Positions 58,135-64,000 of a stretch of 64,000 nt of DNA are shown piece after piece (positions within the stretch are counted from its first letter, which is position 1; the number at the start of each line of letters is the position of its first letter). Made by a program: the position numbers and the translations under genes. This DNA comes from Candidatus Aminicenantes bacterium. GTDB lineage: Bacteria > Acidobacteriota > Aminicenantia > Aminicenantales > Saccharicenantaceae. The DNA lies in the NCBI GenBank assembly GCA_963727095.1, contig CAVSEQ010000003.1, forward strand, positions 194,016 to 258,015, read 5' to 3'. The notes under the pieces were generated by a model, which did not search any database, was not told the origin of the DNA, and saw only the letters and a list, made by a program, of their open reading frames with translations.

Positions 58135-58541
58135 GGCACAACGTCAAAAGAGGACAGCTGAGCCGGACCATGGGCCACAGGCGCGCCCTGCTGCGGAACC
58201 TCGTCACGTCCTTCCTCGAGCGCGAGAGAATGACAACAACCCTCGCCAAGGCCAAAGCGGCGAAACCTCTGGCCGAGAAGATGATCACCCTCGGAAAGAA
58301 GGGCACCCTTCATGCCCGCCGCCAGGTCCTGGCTTATCTGACCAAAGAATCGGCGGTCACGAAGCTGTTCGCGGAAATCGCGCCCCGCTTCTCGGAACGG
58401 CCCGGCGGGTACGCCCGCATCGTCAAGCTCGACCGGAGGGCAGGAGACGGAGCCGAGATGGCCATGCTGGAACTCATCGGGTCAGAGTTCAAGAAGAAGG
58501 CTAAGAAAAAGAAGGAAGGGAAGAAGACCCTGGCGAAGTAA
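58131..58541 (+). CDS. rplQ: 50S ribosomal protein L17
   Basis: MRHNVKRGQLSRTMGHRRALLRNL conserved start. Confidence 0.95.
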   Translation: MRHNVKRGQLSRTMGHRRALLRNLVTSFLERERMTTTLAKAKAAKPLAEKMITLGKKGTLHARRQVLAYLTKESAVTKLFAEIAPRFSERPGGYARIVKLDRRAGDGAEMAMLELIGSEFKKKAKKKKEGKKTLAK

Positions 58542-58556
58542 ACTGAGATTATGATG

Positions 58557-58589
58557 GTGGCCCGGCTTCCGCCGGGCCATTTTTTTTGT
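58557..58589 (+). terminator. Rho-independent terminator of the alpha operon: GGCCCGGC-TTCC-GCCGGGCC followed by T8
   Basis: Perfect 8-bp GC stem plus T-run read in sequence, 16 nt after rplQ stop. Confidence 0.8.
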
Positions 58590-58596
58590 TCTCTTT

Positions 58597-58960
58597 TAAG
58601 AAATCTCCCTCCAGTGAGGCGTCGAGCCACTCCGCCTCGCTGGAGTCGGTCGCTCCGGAGACTCTGTTCCCTGCCGGCCCAGCTCCCGCCATGCCATTTT
58701 TTTATTCCGGTTGCAGATATTTCTCACTGGTGAGGCTTCGAGCAAGTTCCAAAACTCAATTCAGATGTTTCCCACCACTGAGGCCAAGAGGTAAGACCTG
58801 TTTAAGATGTTTCTTAAAAGTGCGGCTGGGAACCAAAGCCTAACCAAGATATTTCTTAAAAGTGCGGCTTCGAGTCGCTCAGCCGCACTTTTATTGGTCG
58901 CTTCGAAGACTCCGCTCCCTGCCGGTCCTCTCCGAAGACTCCGCTGCGTTCCGGTCCCGT
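58597..58960. repeat. Second copy of the repeat-array element (units at ~58600, 58715, 58762, 58805, 58848; hairpins CCAGTGAGGCG...CGCCTCGCTGG and AAAAGTGCGGC...GCCGCACTTTT; tail module GGTCGCTYCGRAGACTCC...CCCTGCCGG present 2-3 times)
   Basis: Same unit family, order and flanking modules as the locus at 23220-23515 (e.g. ...ACTGAGGCC AAGAGGTAAGACCTGTTTAAG ATGTTTCTTAAAAGTGCGGCT vs ...AGTGAGGCT AATAGGTAGGCTCTGTTTAAG ACATTTCTTAAAAGTGCGGCT). Confidence 0.5.
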
Positions 58961-58970
58961 GCCGCCGCGC

Positions 58971-59885
58971 CTATTGCTTCGGGCGCCTGGCGCCCTGATA
59001 AATCTTTTGCCAGTACGCGTCCTTGAGGTTCGAGATCTGGACGATCGGCTTCTCGTGGGTCGTCGCGTTGATGAATTCCTCTCCGCTGATCATCATTCCC
59101 ACGTGCCCGATCTTATCCTTAGCACGGCCGAAAAAGACGAGATCGCCGGCCGACTCCTGGCCGGCGGGAACTTCCATGAGGCCGCTTCCTTCGAACTGGA
59201 TATCGGCATCCCTGAGGATGGGGACGCCGTTCATCTTGTAGATGAGCTGGACGAATCCCGAACAATCGAGGCCCAGAGGCGATCCGCCGCCCCATAGATA
59301 GGGCACACCGATGAAGCGTTTTGCCAAGGCAACCATATCTTCCGGAGGGCGGCGCGGCCAGACCATAGGAGCGTCTCGGATTTCGCCGTCGCCCTTCTGG
59401 ATCCAAGCTCGAGTGCCGCTGGGAAGAGTGACCTCGGACCATCGCCCGCCGCGGTCGCCACTGATTTCGAGAACCGCGCTGATCGGAGCGGTTTGGACGG
59501 GCTTGTGCTTTGTGACGTCGGTCTCCCGGTACGTGTTGGCGAGCAACGCCGTGACGACCATGATCTTTCCCTCCGACGCGTAGGCTTTTTCGCCGCCTTT
59601 CAGGAAGCGCAGGGACGGACCGATGACCCATCCTTTATAGGTGTCCGGGGTTTGCACCTGAAACCAATCCTCGCCCGCGGGATTCCGTTCCTTCTTGATG
59701 ATTTTGACGTTCGTGCCCAGGATGGCCTGGCTGACGACGTCCGACATGGCATCACCGCGGCTGTGCATGTTCTCGACACTGGTGACGACGACCGCCGCGC
59801 TCGGGAGGACCTGCTCTCCGGCCGCCCGTTGGGCGCCCAAGGCAAGAAACGGGATCGCCACCGCCATCATAAAGGATATCTTCAT
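58971..59885 (-). CDS. NlpC/P60-family (C40) cell-wall peptidase with N-terminal SH3-like domains, secreted
   Basis: Signal peptide MKISFMMAVAIPFLALGA; catalytic YLWGG...DCSGFV...H motifs. Confidence 0.85.
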   Translation of the reverse strand: MKISFMMAVAIPFLALGAQRAAGEQVLPSAAVVVTSVENMHSRGDAMSDVVSQAILGTNVKIIKKERNPAGEDWFQVQTPDTYKGWVIGPSLRFLKGGEKAYASEGKIMVVTALLANTYRETDVTKHKPVQTAPISAVLEISGDRGGRWSEVTLPSGTRAWIQKGDGEIRDAPMVWPRRPPEDMVALAKRFIGVPYLWGGGSPLGLDCSGFVQLIYKMNGVPILRDADIQFEGSGLMEVPAGQESAGDLVFFGRAKDKIGHVGMMISGEEFINATTHEKPIVQISNLKDAYWQKIYQGARRPKQ

Positions 59886-60019
59886 GGCCTGACCTCCTGA
59901 AGTCCTATTATATCCGTATCCCTGTTCGGGCGAAAGCGGTCTTTACAAGGCACTTTGTCTTTTGAAAAGGCTGGCTTTGTGGATGATGCTTTTTTATAAT
60001 AGGGCCTGGAGGTTCGGCG

Positions 60020-61147
60020 ATGAAGAGGAAAGAGTTTCTGAATCTGTCTGCGGCGGTCGCAGCGTGCTCCCTTGGTTCGGTCAGATCAGGCCTAGCGCAG
60101 GCCCTAAAAGGTCAGGGAGGCACGACCCGCCTCTCGGTCAAGCTCATGGATCTCCAACTCCGCCACGCTTGGGGGCTGTCGCGGGGAACTTGGACGACCC
60201 GGCGCAATGCGTTCGTGAAGCTCGAGCGGGACGGGACATCCGGGCTGGGCGAAGCGGCCCCGATAGCCCGCTATGAGGAGAGCGCCGAGAGTGCCGCAGC
60301 CTTCATTCAAAAAGCCCGGCCGGTTCTCGAGAGGGATCTGTGGGAATATGCGGGCCGCTGGAAAGAGGCCGATGCCCTGGCGCCCGGGGAACACGCCGGC
60401 AAGGCCGCCATCGACATGGCTATTTTGGATTGGGTAGGCAAGAAGCTCGCCGTGCCGCTCTGGAAGCTCTTTGGACTCAGCCGGAGTCAGGCCCTGACGA
60501 CGACTTTTTCGATCGGCATCGACGAGGTGCCGGTCATGCAGCAGAAAATCCGCGAAGCCGGTGAATTCGGCGTCTACAAAATCAAGGTCGGAACCAAAAA
60601 TGACCGCAAGATCATCGAGGGCATACGGGCGGTAACGGACAAACCGCTTCGGGCGGATGCCAATGAGGGCTGGAAGTCCAAGGAAGAAGCCCTGGACATG
60701 ATCAACTGGATGGCGGGACAGGGCGTCGAGCTGGTCGAGCAGCCGATGCCGGCCGCGATGCTCGCGGATTACGCCTGGCTCCGGGAACGGACGAAGCTGC
60801 CCATCTTCGCCGACGAAAGCCTGATGAAAGCGTCGGATATCCCGCGGATCGCGCCGTACTTTCACGGCCTGAATATCAAGCTTATGAAGTGCGGCGGCAT
60901 ACAGGAAGCGGTGCGCATGACGGCCATGGCCCGGGCGCTCGGTCTCAAGCTCATGATCGGCTGTATGATCGAGAGTTCCTTGGGCATATCGGCGGCCGCG
61001 GCCATCACTCCCTTGTTCGACTATGCCGACCTCGACGGTAACCTTCTCATCACCAACGACCCGTTCCATGGCGTTCGCACCATCGCGGACCGGATCGTCC
61101 TCAACGCAATGCCGGGCCTGGGCGTCGAGGGAGATATCTGGAAGTAG
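60020..61147 (+). CDS. Enolase-superfamily dipeptide epimerase (L-Ala-D/L-Glu epimerase / MLE subgroup) with N-terminal export signal
   Basis: KxK (KIKVG), DANEGW, ADES, IKLMKCGG, DLDG catalytic pattern; N-terminus MKRKEFLNLSAAVAACSLGSVRSGLAQA resembles a Tat/Sec signal. Confidence 0.75.
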   Translation: MKRKEFLNLSAAVAACSLGSVRSGLAQALKGQGGTTRLSVKLMDLQLRHAWGLSRGTWTTRRNAFVKLERDGTSGLGEAAPIARYEESAESAAAFIQKARPVLERDLWEYAGRWKEADALAPGEHAGKAAIDMAILDWVGKKLAVPLWKLFGLSRSQALTTTFSIGIDEVPVMQQKIREAGEFGVYKIKVGTKNDRKIIEGIRAVTDKPLRADANEGWKSKEEALDMINWMAGQGVELVEQPMPAAMLADYAWLRERTKLPIFADESLMKASDIPRIAPYFHGLNIKLMKCGGIQEAVRMTAMARALGLKLMIGCMIESSLGISAAAAITPLFDYADLDGNLLITNDPFHGVRTIADRIVLNAMPGLGVEGDIWK

Positions 61148-61174
61148 GGGAGAGCGGAATCCGTTTCTACGCCG

Positions 61175-62878
61175 TCAAGAGCGGCCGGATTGGATTGTCA
61201 GCTTTCGGCCTACGGTCAATTCGTCGCTCGGAAGGCCGTTGTCGGCCCTGATCTTCTCCACGGACGTATTGAACGTCTTTGACAGACTGAAGAGCGTGTC
61301 GCCGGCTTTGACGACGTAGGTGATGCTCTCTCGGGCCGCGCGCGCCGCCTGGGAATGGCCCGGGGCTTGGTTTGCGCCCGCCGGCGCCTGAGACGCTTCG
61401 GGGCCGGCGCCCCGCACCGGGATCCGCAGAACCTGGCCCGGATAGATGAGGGTCTTGCTGCGCAGGCCGTTGATCCGGACAATGCTGTCAACCGATGTCC
61501 GGAATCTCCGGGCGATGTCGCCCAGGGTGTCCCCCTGCCTGACAACGTAACGGTCGGCGATGATGTCGGGCGGGACGAATTCCGGCTGCGCGGTGACACA
61601 CGTCAGGCACTTCTCCCCGTATCCTTTGGGAACCCGGAGGTCATAGTCATAATTCGGCGTCGAGTCATGGCGGAGCTCGGGGTTGAGGACAGTCAGCAAA
61701 ATGGGGTCGAGGCCCATGGCCTGGGATAATCCGGCCAGTTTGACCGGCGCGCCGATCCGGACCGTCTCGTACTCGAGGGCCGGGTCGGGGGCGGGCAATT
61801 CGAATCCGTATTTGCCGGGCTCCATGATGATGCGCAGGGCGGCGATGAGCCTTGGCACATAGCGAGCCGTTTCATAAGGGAGGTTGTTGAAGAGGTCCCA
61901 GAAATTGTCAAGATAATCGATCCGCTGGGCGCGGATGATGTTTTGGACGTAGGCTTCGCCGCAGTTGTACGCCGCCAGGGCCGTCGTCCAGTCGCCGAAC
62001 ATCGTGTGCAGTTCGGTCAGATAACCGATCGCCGCCCGCGTGGACTTGACCGGGTCCATCCGCTCGTCCACGTACTTGTCCTGCTTGAGTCCGTATCGGT
62101 AACCCGTCGAACGGATGAACTGCCACATGCCGAGGGCTCTGGCGCGGGAGAAGGCGCGGGGCTTGAACCAGCTCTCGATGATGGGAACCCAGGCCAGCTG
62201 CTCCGGCAAGCCCCCTTTCCGGAGCTCCGCGGCGATCATATCGTGGTAAAGGCCGGAGCGCTTATAAGCCTCGAGGAAATACTGCTTTTCCCCGGCTTGG
62301 AAACTCTGGATTTCCTTGTCGACCCAGCGGTTTTCGACGAGCGGCAGGGCGTTGTTTAAGGATTCCCGGGAGGCCGGCCTCAGCGCGTAGACCTGCTGGA
62401 TCTTTTGGGCGATGAGGATCCGGAGGTCGTTCTTTTCTTGTATCAGGGGCGAGTCGGCCGGAAGCTTGGCCTTGAGAATGACGGCGTAGGCCTCGTCGAG
62501 CTTCACCAGGGCCTTGTCCGTATCGTCCTTCTCGAGGGCGGTTTGAGCCTCCTGAGCGGCGGCGATGGCCTCTTCGAACAAGGAAGTGGCCTCCCTGTCG
62601 GCTTCCCGGGTCTTATCGGGCGGCGGGGGAGAGTCGCCGTTGATGTCCTCCTTGCCGACCACCGGAAGGGGAGCGGGTTTGGCCGCCGCGTCCGTGTCGA
62701 GCGGGCTGGGCTTTGCCGAGGAGTGGTTCGCGGCCGCGGGCGCCGTCTTGCGGGGGACAGTTTTGACGGCCTTAGGCGATTGTGAGCAACCTGCTAAAAG
62801 GAGCATCCCGGAGAGAGATAAAACTATAACCGGTCCAATTTTATGCGCGTTCATGATCAGTATGTACTTATATAGCAT
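61175..62878 (-). CDS. mltD: Membrane-bound lytic murein transglycosylase (MltD-like) lipoprotein with two C-terminal LysM domains
   Basis: Lipobox LLLAGCS; SLT-domain motif AIIESWFKPRAFSRARALGMWQF; two LysM repeats (YVVRQGDTLGDIARRF..., YVVKAGDTLFSLSKTF...). Confidence 0.85.
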   Translation of the reverse strand: MLYKYILIMNAHKIGPVIVLSLSGMLLLAGCSQSPKAVKTVPRKTAPAAANHSSAKPSPLDTDAAAKPAPLPVVGKEDINGDSPPPPDKTREADREATSLFEEAIAAAQEAQTALEKDDTDKALVKLDEAYAVILKAKLPADSPLIQEKNDLRILIAQKIQQVYALRPASRESLNNALPLVENRWVDKEIQSFQAGEKQYFLEAYKRSGLYHDMIAAELRKGGLPEQLAWVPIIESWFKPRAFSRARALGMWQFIRSTGYRYGLKQDKYVDERMDPVKSTRAAIGYLTELHTMFGDWTTALAAYNCGEAYVQNIIRAQRIDYLDNFWDLFNNLPYETARYVPRLIAALRIIMEPGKYGFELPAPDPALEYETVRIGAPVKLAGLSQAMGLDPILLTVLNPELRHDSTPNYDYDLRVPKGYGEKCLTCVTAQPEFVPPDIIADRYVVRQGDTLGDIARRFRTSVDSIVRINGLRSKTLIYPGQVLRIPVRGAGPEASQAPAGANQAPGHSQAARAARESITYVVKAGDTLFSLSKTFNTSVEKIRADNGLPSDELTVGRKLTIQSGRS

Positions 62879-62944
62879 GGGGGCCGGCGTGAGTCAACCG
62901 GCCGGGGCCCTGCCGCCGGGGTTTCTCTCCCGTCTCTAAAAGGC

Positions 62945-63916
62945 CTAAGGGCGGCTCTTGTGCCAATTCCAGGCCGTGGCGATGATCTTATCGAGGGCCG
63001 AGAGACGCGGGGTCCAGCCGAGGACGGACTCGGCCTTTTCTTTTGAGGCCAGAAGAACGGCCACATCGCCTTTGCGCCGCGGCAAGATCTCGTAGGGGAC
63101 CTTCCGCCCGGTGACTTCCTCAGACGCCCGGATGACTTCGAGGACGGAATATCCCTTGTTCGTCCCCAGGTTGATGATTCCTCCCGGACCGCCCGCCTCA
63201 AGGGACTTAAGCGCCAAAACGTGTGCCGCGGCCAAGTCGGTTACGTGGATGTAATCCCTGACGGCCGTCCCGTCTGGGGTGGGAAAATCGTTCCCGAAGA
63301 CACCGAGTCGGGCTGTTTTGCCCAGGGCGCGAAGCAGGATATTGGGAACCAGATGCGTTTCCGGCTCATGGCATTCGCCCAGACCGCCCTCCGGATCGGC
63401 GCCCGCAGCGTTGAAATAGCGCAGGGAGATGGATTTCAAGCCGTACGCGCGGCTGTAGTCCTGGAGGATCCGCTCGACCATGAACTTTGTTTGCCCATAG
63501 GGATTGGCCGGATGGGCCGCGTGCGTTTCCTGAATCGGGACATCCTCCGGGACACCGTATACGGCCGCGCTCGAGGAAAAGATCATCTTGTCCACGCCGG
63601 CTTCGAGCATCGCGTCCAACAGGTTGAGGCTCGTGAGGATGTTGTGAATGTAGTATTTTCTCGGGTTGGCATAAGATTCCCCGACCTGGATGAGGGACGC
63701 GAAGTGGAGCACGGCGGCGATCTTTTCCGCCCGGAATACGCGGCGGACAGCTTCTTTGTCCATGAGGTCGGCCTCGACACACCGGCGATCGCCGACGAGC
63801 TCGCGCTTGCCGCTGCTGAGGTTGTCAAACACGAGAACATCGTACCCGGACCGGGCCAGCTCTTTGACGGTATGGGACCCTATATAGCCGGCGCCTCCTG
63901 TGACGAGGATGGTCAT
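62945..63916 (-). CDS. galE: UDP-glucose 4-epimerase
   Basis: TGGAGYIGSH Rossmann motif, YxxxK (YGQTKFMVE), 323 aa. Confidence 0.9.
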   Translation of the reverse strand: MTILVTGGAGYIGSHTVKELARSGYDVLVFDNLSSGKRELVGDRRCVEADLMDKEAVRRVFRAEKIAAVLHFASLIQVGESYANPRKYYIHNILTSLNLLDAMLEAGVDKMIFSSSAAVYGVPEDVPIQETHAAHPANPYGQTKFMVERILQDYSRAYGLKSISLRYFNAAGADPEGGLGECHEPETHLVPNILLRALGKTARLGVFGNDFPTPDGTAVRDYIHVTDLAAAHVLALKSLEAGGPGGIINLGTNKGYSVLEVIRASEEVTGRKVPYEILPRRKGDVAVLLASKEKAESVLGWTPRLSALDKIIATAWNWHKSRP

Positions 63917-64000
63917 GATGTCCCGGTCCTTTCGACAAGCTCGCGGGCTTTTTCGAGCCCCCGGGCCTTGGTTTCGAACCGGTTATCGAGCTGCAGCTTG
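63914..64000 (-). CDS. 3' end of an unidentified minus-strand CDS (C-terminus ...KLQLDNRFETKARGLEKARELVERTGTS), stop overlapping galE start (ATGA)
   Basis: Open frame on minus strand from window edge to TGA at 63914-63916. Confidence 0.35.

Noticed and set aside
59962-60000. Promoter for the epimerase gene (TTGAAA ... TATAAT at 59995-60000)
   Set aside because: A clear TATAAT is present, but the only -35-like hexamer is 27 nt upstream; no acceptable -35 at 16-18 nt, so not listed as a feature.

Overview
High-GC (~65%) bacterial chromosomal window, almost entirely conserved core genes, no CRISPR and no obvious mobile element. Main gene order, 5' to 3':

- 3' end of a RecD/TraA-family (RecD2-like) helicase.
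- A strongly promoted diiron oxidative-stress operon: rubrerythrin-like protein, rubredoxin, outer-membrane beta-barrel.
- purA, alr, and a small Cys-rich basic ORF.
- An Fe-S biogenesis block: nfu, nifS, iscU, tusA-like, nadA.
- Rubrerythrin, a second ferritin-like protein, an M50/CBS protease, nth.
- An AmmeMemoRadiSam-type radical SAM gene immediately followed by archease and rtcB; rtcB is split by a frameshift in a poly-G run.
- A tandem-domain ThyX.
- A minus-strand purB-purS-purQ-purL-purN-oxidoreductase operon.
- An ECF sigma / anti-sigma / Spy-like periplasmic triad.
- tRNA(Thr-Tyr-Gly-Thr)-tuf-rpmG-tRNA(Trp)-secE-nusG-rplKAJL-rpoBC.
- The str operon (rpsL-rpsG-fusA-tuf) and complete S10, spc and alpha ribosomal operons through rplQ.
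- A cell-wall cluster: NlpC/P60 peptidase, exported dipeptide epimerase, MltD-like lytic transglycosylase with LysM domains, galE.

The less ordinary signals:

- Two non-coding loci (after purB and after rplQ) carry the same family of degenerate, hairpin-forming short repeats.
- Cys-rich zinc-ribbon-like insertions or extensions occur in RpoB, L24 and IscU.
- The second EF-Tu copy has a remodelled switch-I region.
- ThyX is a tandem fusion in which each half keeps a different part of the catalytic motifs.
- An RBS-sequestering hairpin sits in the purB leader.
- A palindromic operator-like site lies upstream of the oxidoreductase gene.

Coordinates derived by hand rather than taken from the ORF track may be off by 1-2 nt.
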